Shown: piece after piece, positions 47,251 to 55,153 of the stretch
Layout: each line of letters starts with the position of its first letter
Position numbering within the stretch: position 1 is the stretch's first letter
Assembly (NCBI GenBank): GCA_963601095.1
Contig: CAVCDZ010000132.1
Span: 8,547-72,546 of the forward strand
DNA: 64,000 bases
Reading direction: 5' to 3'
Origin: Oscillibacter sp. MSJ-31
GTDB taxonomy: Bacteria; Actinomycetota; Coriobacteriia; Coriobacteriales; Eggerthellaceae
The notes under the pieces: model-generated
Database searches by the model: none
What the model was told of the DNA's origin: nothing
Seen by the model: the letters and a program-made list of their open reading frames with translations, nothing else
Program-made: the position numbers and the translations under genes

Positions 47251-48525
47251 ATGACCACCCCAGAGAAAACCAATCTGCAAGAAAAAGGCTTCGGCTCGTA
47301 CCTGCCCATCGTCATCGCCTGCTCGCTGTTTTGCGGCATCCCCTGCGCGATGTGCATCAGCTGCGCGAGTATCTTCTACCCCGTCGTCGCCGCGTCGCTT
47401 GCCGTGCCGGTGTCGGAAATCAGCCTCTACTCGTCCATGACGTTCATCTCGTCGTTTCTGGTCTCGTCGCTGATGGGCCGCTGGATGGAGCGTTTCGACG
47501 CGCGTATCGTGCTCACCGGCTCGCTCGTGCTGCTCTGCCTGTGCCTGGCGGGGATGAGCGTGTCGACCGCGTCGTGGATGTTCTGGATCGCCGGCTTCTT
47601 CACCGGCATCGCCACGACCGGCCTGCTCGGCATGGCCACCCCGGTCCTGATTAATCGCTGGTTCAAGCGTCATGTTGGCCTGCTCTCAGGCATCTGCTTT
47701 GCCTTCACCGGCATCGGCGGCGTGATCTTTCTGCCGATCGGCCAGGCGCTGATCGAGAGCTACGGCTGGCAGACCGCCTACCTGGCGTTCGCCATCATCT
47801 CGCTCGTGACCTGCCTGCCGCTGACGCTGTTCGCGATCCGCAGCTTCCCTGCCGAGCGCGGCCTGCTCCCCTACGGAACGGCCTGCGTCACCAAGCACCC
47901 TGAGAAAGCGGCCAAGGAGACGAGCGTCCCCGTTGCCGCCGCGATGAGGTCTCCCGTGTTCTGGGGACTGGGCCTGTTCTGCCTGTTCTGCAACTTCAAC
48001 GTCAAGATCGCGTTCTTCTTCCCGACGTACGTCAACACGCTCGAGTCGGCCGGCGTCGCCGTGCTGATCACCGGCGCGATGCTCTCGACGCTCGCGATGG
48101 CCGGCCAGGCGATCGGCAAGATCTGCCTCGGCTTCACGATCGACTTCTCGGTCAAGAAGGCGACGATCCTCTCCTGCGTGATCGGCATCGTGGGCATCTT
48201 GTTCTGTTGGATCGGCGCCTCGAGCATCGTAATGCCAATCGGCGGCTTCATCTTCGGCTTCTTTTACGCGAGCTGCATGGTGCTGTGTCCGCTGGTCATC
48301 CGCGAGGTGCTCGGCGCCGGCAAGAACTACCCGGTGTTTTGGGCGCGCCTGAACGCCATCGCGACGCTCGGCAGCGCGACCGGCACGTTTTTGTGGCCCT
48401 ACATCTCCGAGCAGACCGGCAGCTTCGATGCCGTGTTCATGATCGGCGTCGTCATGCTGGCCATGATCGCCCTCATCGGCGCATGGTGCCTCAAGCAGAA
48501 GGATCGCTTGCCGCGAGAGGAATAA
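47251..48525 (+). CDS. MFS transporter (OFA/MCT-like)
   Basis: ORF 46777..48525 trimmed to ATG 47251 behind AAGGAGGAG, 10 nt after the esterase stop. 12 hydrophobic helices. Paralogous in pattern to the MFS at 60506..61861. Confidence 0.85.
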   Translation: MTTPEKTNLQEKGFGSYLPIVIACSLFCGIPCAMCISCASIFYPVVAASLAVPVSEISLYSSMTFISSFLVSSLMGRWMERFDARIVLTGSLVLLCLCLAGMSVSTASWMFWIAGFFTGIATTGLLGMATPVLINRWFKRHVGLLSGICFAFTGIGGVIFLPIGQALIESYGWQTAYLAFAIISLVTCLPLTLFAIRSFPAERGLLPYGTACVTKHPEKAAKETSVPVAAAMRSPVFWGLGLFCLFCNFNVKIAFFFPTYVNTLESAGVAVLITGAMLSTLAMAGQAIGKICLGFTIDFSVKKATILSCVIGIVGILFCWIGASSIVMPIGGFIFGFFYASCMVLCPLVIREVLGAGKNYPVFWARLNAIATLGSATGTFLWPYISEQTGSFDAVFMIGVVMLAMIALIGAWCLKQKDRLPREE

Positions 48526-48571
48526 GTCCCCCTCACGTTGGATAGACCGGCAGCCCCGCCGGCCAAGCGCA

Positions 48572-48610
48572 GGGCACCCCAGCCACGATGGCTGGGGCGC
48601 CCTTTCGTTG
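48572..48610 (+). terminator. candidate terminator after esterase-MFS pair
   Basis: GGGCACCCCAGCC-ACGAT-GGCTGGGGCGCCC (one mismatch) followed by TTTCGTT. Confidence 0.55.
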
Positions 48611-48651
48611 TGCGACGCATAGATGTCACTGTCGCTTTTACGGCGGTCTCT

Positions 48652-48801
48652 GGCAGAAAAGCCCAGATATAGGGGACTTGAGTAATTCTTGAGGGCCTAT
48701 CCGTGGATACGCCGCCGCAAAACACCAGGTCGCAGATATCGCGTTGCGCTTTTGCGGCCTCCGAAGAGGAGCGCATCCCCCTATATCTGGACTTTCTTGC
48801 C
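48652..48801. repeat. MITE-like inverted-repeat element, family 3
   Basis: GGCAGAAAAGCCCAGATATAGGGGA (48652-48676) and TCCCCCTATATCTGGACTTTCTTGCC (48776-48801) are ~22/25 complementary. An internal hairpin is CCGCAAAA..TTTTGCGG. No ORF. It lies between convergent genes. Confidence 0.55.
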
Positions 48802-48962
48802 ACTCCGAGGCCGAAAACCTGCAGTGGCGTTTGTGCGCGGCACCGCTACACAACGGGGGGCTGACGCAAAAGCATCAGCCCCCGCCTTTCGTGGCACGTC
48901 AGCCGCAGAAGCACCCAGGCGACAACCCACCGCGGCACCCCCCCCACCAGCAGCCACGCCTC

Positions 48963-50003
48963 CTAAGCCAGGTTCACGACCTGCCCCGTCTTGGCCGACT
49001 CGAGCAGTGCCTGAATCACCAGAAGCGTCGCCAGCCCCTGCTCGCCCGTGCAGCGGGGCACGGTCGCAAGCCCTAGGCACAGGTCAGCGAAGTGCTCGAG
49101 GGTGGCCGTTGCCGGGTCGGGGCGCCCCACCTCGAAGTGCTGGCGCTGCAGCGGCTCGGTCCAGCCGTAGCGCTCGGGCAGGTAGGTGAAGAAGTCCATG
49201 TTCGGCAGGCCGAACGATCCCTTCGTGCCGAACACGCGCAGGCTGTTCTCGCCGTGGTAGCAGTCCATGAAGTGCATCTCCTGCGCCGCCATGTCATAAC
49301 CCCACGGCGAAGGTACGCCGTCGGAGATGAAGTACGAGCAGGTCGGCCCGTTCTCAAATTCGAGCACCGCCGAAACCGAGTCCTCGATCTTGCCATGGCG
49401 AATCGAGTTGTGCGCCGTCGCGTACACCTGCTTGACCTTCATGCCGGTCAGGTAATGCAGATCGTCGATGTCGTGAATCGTGTTGATGAGCAACGGGCCC
49501 GTGGTCGTGTGCCAATCGACCTCGTAATAGCTGCCGGGCTTGGCATACGTCGCGGAGCACTGGATGCCGACCACCTCGCCCAGCTTGCCCTCGTCGATGA
49601 AGTTCTTCAGGAACAACATCGTTGCCGAAGAGCGGCGCTGATGGCCCACGAGCAGACGGGCGCCGGCTGCGTCGCATGCCTCGATGATCTTGCGCGCATC
49701 GGCTTCGGAATCGGCAATGGGCTTCTCAAGTAGGATGTTGCGGATGCCCGCTGCAAGCGCGCGCTCAGTCGCCGGCAAGTGCAGCCCGTTGGGAAGCGCG
49801 ATGATCACCGCATCGAGGTCGACTTCCCGCAGCAGCTCTTCATAATCGTGGAAAAGCGGCGCGTTCACCTCTTCTGCCAGCGCCTCGGCCTGGTCCCCGA
49901 AGCCGGCGACTGCCACCAAATCAAACCGAGGGCTTTCCACCGCGTCGCGAGCCGCCTTAGCTCCCTGGTTCAGCCCCAATACCGCAACCTTGATCGTTTC
50001 CAT
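48963..50003 (-). CDS. Gfo/Idh/MocA-family NAD(P)-dependent oxidoreductase
   Basis: ORF trimmed to ATG 50003 behind AAGGAGG. Rossmann N-terminus (IKVAVLGLNQGAK) and the EKP motif (LLEKPIA). Confidence 0.9.
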   Translation of the reverse strand: METIKVAVLGLNQGAKAARDAVESPRFDLVAVAGFGDQAEALAEEVNAPLFHDYEELLREVDLDAVIIALPNGLHLPATERALAAGIRNILLEKPIADSEADARKIIEACDAAGARLLVGHQRRSSATMLFLKNFIDEGKLGEVVGIQCSATYAKPGSYYEVDWHTTTGPLLINTIHDIDDLHYLTGMKVKQVYATAHNSIRHGKIEDSVSAVLEFENGPTCSYFISDGVPSPWGYDMAAQEMHFMDCYHGENSLRVFGTKGSFGLPNMDFFTYLPERYGWTEPLQRQHFEVGRPDPATATLEHFADLCLGLATVPRCTGEQGLATLLVIQALLESAKTGQVVNLA

Positions 50004-50433
50004 GGTTCCTCCTTGCTCTCCGACGCTCTTTTGCGTCGGCCCCTCTCGCATTGATCCAGGGGAGGTTTTCTCCCCAAAACAACGCTATCAACTGCGGAAA
50101 CCAAAAGGAAATTAATTCCCCTAACCCGCGCAGCCCTCGTTTGACGGGGACAAACCACGCGATTGGAAACGCCTGTTTTCTGCCCTGGCGGCAAACGGGC
50201 GGCGTTCCATAGAAGATGGCAAAGGAGGGGTTCGGACGACGGGCAAGGCGACAACAAGCAACGAGTGACGGATAGGCCTGCGCACTTAGCTCACGGGTCC
50301 GCCGCGCCGCCGTCCGCCCGAACGCAAGAGCGGGGCGCCGCCCGATGGCAGCGCCCCGCAGAGGAGGACCCGGCATCCCGCCCATTAGTCGCCGCGGGAG
50401 GGCCAGGTTAAGGGGAGGTGTCGCAAAGCGCGC

Positions 50434-50907
50434 CTACACGCGCGTGACGGCCTCGACGATGTAGCCCAGCTTGTCGATGGAGTCGTAATAGGTAAAGCGA
50501 GCCTCCGGATTGATGAGGGAATGGCCCTCCATCCAGATGCCGATGCCCTTGTCGGCCATCAGCTGGTTCGCGCGGTCCTGATCGTCCACGTCAAAGCGGA
50601 TGTGGTGCAGGCCCGACTGCCCCATCTTCAAATAGTCGCTCCACACCGTGTCCTGGTCGCCGATGGGCTGCAAAAGCTCCAGCTGAATGTTGAAGAAGTT
50701 GTAGAACGCTGCGAGGACCGGTGCGTCGATCGGCTCGTCGCTTCCCTTGTAGATGCAATCCTTGTACAGCGACTCGCCGCCTGCGTCCGGCTCAAGCCCG
50801 AACACGTCGAGCAGGCCCTTCTTGGCCTTCTCGAGGTCGGGCACGACAATGCCGATCTGCACGATCTCGCCGAACTCGTCGGTCACGGTGACATCCTTAA
50901 CTTTCAT
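50434..50907 (-). CDS. VOC (glyoxalase/bleomycin-resistance/dioxygenase) family protein
   Basis: ORF trimmed to ATG 50907 behind GAGAGGGA. Paired beta-alpha-beta-beta-beta pattern (IVQIGIVVPDLEKAKK... GLHHIRFDVDD). Confidence 0.8.
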   Translation of the reverse strand: MKVKDVTVTDEFGEIVQIGIVVPDLEKAKKGLLDVFGLEPDAGGESLYKDCIYKGSDEPIDAPVLAAFYNFFNIQLELLQPIGDQDTVWSDYLKMGQSGLHHIRFDVDDQDRANQLMADKGIGIWMEGHSLINPEARFTYYDSIDKLGYIVEAVTRV

Positions 50908-51191
50908 GGAAATCCCTCTCTTTCGAAATGCGGCGCCCACATCGCCCCTCGACTGGTGCGCCCTTCGTGTGACTCCCATTATCAAGAACCCTCTCGTTCA
51001 TATCCAATAGGCGCTCACAAACCCGAACGTACTTCATAGGGCACGGCAAAGCAAGAACGCCTCTGAGGCGCTCCGCGCAAAGAAAAAGGGTTCCCAAGGC
51101 CCGCCAACGCACGCATCCAAGGCATGCGAGGCATGGCGCACGCAGCGCGGACCGACGAGCGCACGCCACGCGCTGCGCACCCGTCACCGCT

Positions 51192-52136
51192 TTACAGCAG
51201 GTCGATCGGCACGTGCTCGTCTTCGCCTGCCTGAGGCGACACGTTCACGAAGTCGTAGTCTTTCATGAAGTCGACGAACTCCTCGACCGCAAGCGAGAGG
51301 CGCTCGCGCTTGCGATAACTGATATAGAAGCGATGAAAATCCACCGGCGCTTCCTTGATGGTCACCGTCGCCACGTCAGGGAAGGCGTCCACCAACCAGG
51401 AATGGCACACGATGGAGAGCATGTGCGGATCGGCAGTGACGAGCGACGCCAACGTGATCTCGTCGTTGTAGTCGAAGGCGACATTGAGATCAGGGTGACC
51501 TGCCAACAGGCTCGCGATCTCGCGCGCGAACGGGCCGTCCTTTGCCGCATACGTGATGATGGGATAAGCGCCCAGCTCATCGAGGGAGACCTCTTTGCGG
51601 GTCGCGAGCGGATGCGCCCGATGACACAGAAGCGCCGCGCTCTGCGAGAAGCACGGGATCGATTCCACCTCAGGGTCGGGCTTTTCCAACACACCGGCCA
51701 TGATGACGTCGAGCGAGCCGTTCTTCAAATCCTTCATCAGGCTCTCAGTCGTGCCTTGCTTCCATTTGATGCGCGCGTGGTTCTTTGCCGCGCGGTGATA
51801 ATCGCGAATGGCCGCCGACCAGGCCTGCCCCTGGATGGAGTAGACCGTGCCCACGCGGATCGTGCCGGCCTCGGCAAACGAGCGCTCGCGGATCTTCTGC
51901 GTGACGTTGTCCAGGGAATTCATGGCAACGACCACGGCTTCATAGAAGTCTTCGCCGTCCTCGGTCAGCTCAAGGATGTTGCGCTTCTTTTTGACGAGAG
52001 CGCAGCCCAGCTCGCGCTCGAGGCTGGTCACGGCCAGAGACAACGTCGGCTGCGCGATGAACAGCTCCTGAGCGGCACGCGAGTAGTTGCGCACCTCCAC
52101 GAGCTTGCGGAAATAGTACAAGTGAGCCAGATTCAT
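51192..52136 (-). CDS. LysR-family transcriptional regulator
   Basis: HTH region (MNLAHLYYFRKLVEVRNYSRAAQELFIAQPTLSLAVTSLERELGCALV). It diverges from aroE-like gene 2. Confidence 0.9.
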   Translation of the reverse strand: MNLAHLYYFRKLVEVRNYSRAAQELFIAQPTLSLAVTSLERELGCALVKKKRNILELTEDGEDFYEAVVVAMNSLDNVTQKIRERSFAEAGTIRVGTVYSIQGQAWSAAIRDYHRAAKNHARIKWKQGTTESLMKDLKNGSLDVIMAGVLEKPDPEVESIPCFSQSAALLCHRAHPLATRKEVSLDELGAYPIITYAAKDGPFAREIASLLAGHPDLNVAFDYNDEITLASLVTADPHMLSIVCHSWLVDAFPDVATVTIKEAPVDFHRFYISYRKRERLSLAVEEFVDFMKDYDFVNVSPQAGEDEHVPIDLL

Positions 52137-52268
52137 GCGGCCCCTCCTCTGTGTGTATGCGCCGCGCAGCTGTGCCGCCCAGCGTCGGATCCCCCACCTG
52201 TCACCTGCGCCTGTGCGCGCAAAAGCGATAGGGCAAGGAATACCCCCCCCCGAAGCCTGTCAAGAACG

Positions 52269-52324
52269 TTTGAACATCTCAAACCACGCTGCTGGATTCC
52301 AGCCGACGGCCGAGATCCAGCAGC
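52269..52324. promoter_or_regulatory. candidate LysR box plus 10-bp inverted repeat in the LysR/aroE-2 divergent region
   Basis: TTTGA-ACATC-TCAAA (52269-52283) contains T-N11-A. GCTGCTGGAT (52288-52297) pairs with ATCCAGCAGC (52315-52324). Confidence 0.3.
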
Positions 52325-52495
52325 CTTTCAGGCCATCCATCTATTCAAGCACAACCTCTGCGCGCCGGCGAAAACCGATCCCGAAATAAAGAGTCACAAA
52401 CAGCCGACGAAACCACGCAACCTCTCAATCGACCAGGCGCGCGTCTCCCGTTCCCGCCGCCACAATCAAAGACGTACCCGAACCAAGGAGGAACC

Positions 52496-53368
52496 ATGGG
52501 ACAGACCGACCGCATCTCGGGGCACACGAAGACCGTCGCCCTCATCGGAACGCCGGTGGAGCATTCGCTCTCGCCGGCAATGCACAACACCTCGTTCGAG
52601 CACCTGGGGCTCGACTTCGTCTACCTCGCCTACGACATCGCCGACGACAGCCAGCTGGAAGCCGCCGTGGCGGGCATGCGCGCGCTCGGGTTCGTGGGCT
52701 GCAACGTGACCATGCCCTACAAAACCAAGGTGCTGCCTTACCTCGATGAACTGTCGCCTGCGGCAGAGGCGATGGGCGCCGTCAACACGATCGCCTTCGT
52801 CGACGGCAAAGCCATCGGGCACAACACCGACGGCGCTGGGTTCATGCGCACCGTCACCGCGTCGGGCGTGAACGTCAAGGGAAAGAAGATCACGCTCGTC
52901 GGTGCCGGCGGCGCCGGGTCGGCAATCTACACGCAGGCGGCGCTCGACGGCGCGGGCGCGATCGATGTCTACAACATCAAGGACGGCTTCTTCGAGCGAA
53001 CTGCGGAGCGCATCGGCCGGCTTGCCGAGCACACCGGATGCACCATGCGTCTGATCGACCTGGCGGACACGGAATCGCTCAAGGAGTCCGTCGCCGCGTC
53101 GGTTCTCTTCGTCAACGCGACGCGCGTGGGCATGGGCGATCTGGAAGGGCACAGCGTCCTGCCGCCGGAGTTTCTGGTCGACGGGCTTGCCGTGGGCGAT
53201 ACGGTCTACGATCCGCGCAAGACGAAGCTCATCCAAGACGCCGAGGCGCGCGGGCTCACCATCGTGCCGGGGCTCGGCATGCTGCTGCGCCAGGCGGCGA
53301 TCGGCGAGGAGATCTGGGCAGGCGCCCAGATGCCGACCGACCTTATCGAGCAGCGGTTCTTCTCGTAA
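52496..53368 (+). CDS. aroE: shikimate/quinate 5-dehydrogenase family protein (paralogue 2)
   Basis: RBS AAGGAGG. Motifs LIGTPVEHSLSPAMHN..F, NVTMPYK, GAVNT and GAGGAG. The symbol is family-level only. Confidence 0.85.
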   Translation: MGQTDRISGHTKTVALIGTPVEHSLSPAMHNTSFEHLGLDFVYLAYDIADDSQLEAAVAGMRALGFVGCNVTMPYKTKVLPYLDELSPAAEAMGAVNTIAFVDGKAIGHNTDGAGFMRTVTASGVNVKGKKITLVGAGGAGSAIYTQAALDGAGAIDVYNIKDGFFERTAERIGRLAEHTGCTMRLIDLADTESLKESVAASVLFVNATRVGMGDLEGHSVLPPEFLVDGLAVGDTVYDPRKTKLIQDAEARGLTIVPGLGMLLRQAAIGEEIWAGAQMPTDLIEQRFFS

Positions 53369-53445
53369 GCGAGGAGAGGATTGGCACGCGGGTGATGCGG
53401 CGAGCGATGGGCTGAAGCGCCCGCGCCCTCACCCTCGTCCACGCA

Positions 53446-53485
53446 CCAAAAAGCCGCCGGCAGACGCGCCGGCGGCTTTGTTTTC
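53446..53485. terminator. bidirectional intrinsic terminator (aroE-2 / yoeB)
   Basis: GCCGCCGGC (53453-53461) / GCCGGCGGC (53468-53476), flanked by AAAAA on the left and TTTGTTTT on the right. Confidence 0.75.
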
Positions 53486-53529
53486 GTAGGCAGAGGCGGC
53501 CTCTCACGCAATCAGAGGCAAGTTCTCCC

Positions 53530-53787
53530 TCAGTAGTGGTCCTTGCACGAGTAGATCCTTATCGTGTCGCCTTCAATCGCATAGATGAGACGATTGGCTT
53601 CGTCAATGCGACGCGACCATTTCCCGGCAAGACCGTAACGCAGGGGCTCCGGCTTTCCTATACCCTCGAACGGATCGCCGCTCTCCACATCGCGAATAAG
53701 CGCGTTTATCCGCTTGAAGGTTTTCCGATCCTGGGTTTGCCAATACAGATAGTCATCCCAGGCGCCGTCGGACCATGACTTAATCAT
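53530..53787 (-). CDS. yoeB: YoeB/Txe-family toxin (ribosome-dependent mRNA interferase)
   Basis: 85 aa starting at ATG 53787 (MIKSWSDGAWDDYLYWQTQDRKTFKRINALIRDV...RRIDEANRLIY...C.DHY). It overlaps the antitoxin stop by 8 nt. Confidence 0.9.
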   Translation of the reverse strand: MIKSWSDGAWDDYLYWQTQDRKTFKRINALIRDVESGDPFEGIGKPEPLRYGLAGKWSRRIDEANRLIYAIEGDTIRIYSCKDHY

Positions 53788-54040
53788 CTTCGACCAGCTC
53801 ATGCGTCTTCGCCGCGCCAGCAGCGAACTGCTCATCACCTCGAGCGATCTTCTCGAGCAGAGCCGGGTTTGCGTAGATGCGCACCGTTTCCATGAGGCTT
53901 TCGTAGTCGCGCACGCTCATCACCACGACGTTGTCCTCTGCGTTGCTGTTCGTGACCAGGAGCGTCTCGGCATCGTCGTAGGTCTTGCGCATATAGCTTT
54001 TCAGATTGGCCCGGAACGTGCTGTAGGCAACAGCCTCCAT
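53780..54040 (-). CDS. yefM: YefM/Phd-family antitoxin
   Basis: 86 aa starting at ATG 54040 behind GGGAGG (MEAVAYSTFRANLKSYMRKTYDDAETLLVTN...VVMSVRDYESLMETV). Confidence 0.9.
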   Translation of the reverse strand: MEAVAYSTFRANLKSYMRKTYDDAETLLVTNSNAEDNVVVMSVRDYESLMETVRIYANPALLEKIARGDEQFAAGAAKTHELVEDD

Positions 54041-54055
54041 GCTCGCCTCCCTCAT

Positions 54056-54082
54056 TTGTACAAATTCTTGTACAAGATTATA
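54056..54082 (-). promoter_or_regulatory. yefM-yoeB promoter/operator: two TTGTACAA palindromes 12 bp apart next to a TATAAT box
   Basis: TTGTACAA at 54056-54063 and 54068-54075. Minus-strand TATAAT at 54082-54077. The TGTACA core and 12-bp centre-to-centre spacing match the E. coli yefM-yoeB operator as I recall it. Confidence 0.7.
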
Positions 54083-54129
54083 TCGGGACCACCCGCGCAC
54101 AGCAAGGGTGTCGCCCCGCGCCTGCGCAT

Positions 54130-54168
54130 AAAAAAGCCGCCGGCTGCACAAGCGCACGCCGGCGGCTT
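54130..54168 (-). terminator. intrinsic terminator after the membrane-protein gene
   Basis: AGCCGCCGG (54135-54143) / CCGGCGGCT (54159-54167). On the minus strand it is followed by TTTTTT. Confidence 0.6.
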
Positions 54169-54191
54169 CGCTTTTGGCAGCACCCCGAGCT

Positions 54192-54866
54192 CTAGCGGCC
54201 CTTCACCACGGTTCGCGCCACAGCCGGACGCGTGAGGCTACCGCGTTCATGCGCGACCCCGTCCGTGAAGCGATGCATGAGCGCAGCCATGCAAGCCGCA
54301 ACGAGCGAAAACGGCTCAGGCACCTGCACGAGGGCGAGCATCACCACGAAGTAGGCGACCGAAACCACGCCCGAGATCACCATCACCTTGCGCACCGTCG
54401 CAAACGGCGCGCCATCGTAGAGCCAGGCCATGCCCTTCATGTTGGCAAGCAGCGCGGTCGCCGTCAAAAACAGCAGGAACAGAGCCTCGATGCGCAGCAT
54501 CGTGGCGACCGACATCCCGCGGAACTCGTTTCCGCCATAGGCGACCAACTCCCATTCGGTGAGCTGCTGGCCTTGGAAGAACGACAGCATCACGCAGGCC
54601 ACCGCCACCAGAAACGCGCCGCACATGAGGAAGAAATAGCCGTTGCACAGCTGATGCAGGCGCGAGCGGGCGCGTGTCATAACGTACCCGTCATCGCCGA
54701 TCCGGTTGCCGTCGGCGTCGAAGCGCAGCACCTTTTGGCGGCGCAGCTCGCGCATCTCGCGATCGGCCTCCCACTGCTCCTTCTCCTCGCGGCGGCGCCG
54801 CAGACGCTCCTGCTTGCGTGCCTGATACTCCGCGCGCTTTGCTTCTGCCCTCGTGCGACCAGCCAT
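54192..54866 (-). CDS. hypothetical membrane protein (highly charged N-terminal helix + 4 TM helices)
   Basis: ORF trimmed to ATG 54866 behind GGGAGGAA. The N-terminal 50 aa are Arg/Glu/Lys-rich (RAEAKRAEYQARKQERLRRRREEKEQWEADREMRELRRQK), followed by four hydrophobic segments. No family recognised. Confidence 0.6.
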   Translation of the reverse strand: MAGRTRAEAKRAEYQARKQERLRRRREEKEQWEADREMRELRRQKVLRFDADGNRIGDDGYVMTRARSRLHQLCNGYFFLMCGAFLVAVACVMLSFFQGQQLTEWELVAYGGNEFRGMSVATMLRIEALFLLFLTATALLANMKGMAWLYDGAPFATVRKVMVISGVVSVAYFVVMLALVQVPEPFSLVAACMAALMHRFTDGVAHERGSLTRPAVARTVVKGR

Positions 54867-55153
54867 GACGATTCCTCCCTCTCGCAAGCCCACCCCCTCG
54901 CGGGCTTCCCCTCTGCCTCAACTATAGAGGCAACGCGCCCGCCGCACGCCCCTGCCGCACGCGCTCGGTTTGACGTTTTCAACTCATATGCATACTCATT
55001 AGCAGCGCAAAACCGTCCCACCTTGCGCGGCGGGTGCGCGCGCTTTAATTGAGCACAAGGCATCGGCAGCGAGGGGGTTTACGCCGCCGGGTCTCCGGGA
55101 GCACCGCCCCGGAATCGCACGGGGATGAGCATCCCCAGGGGAAAGGAGAGGAC

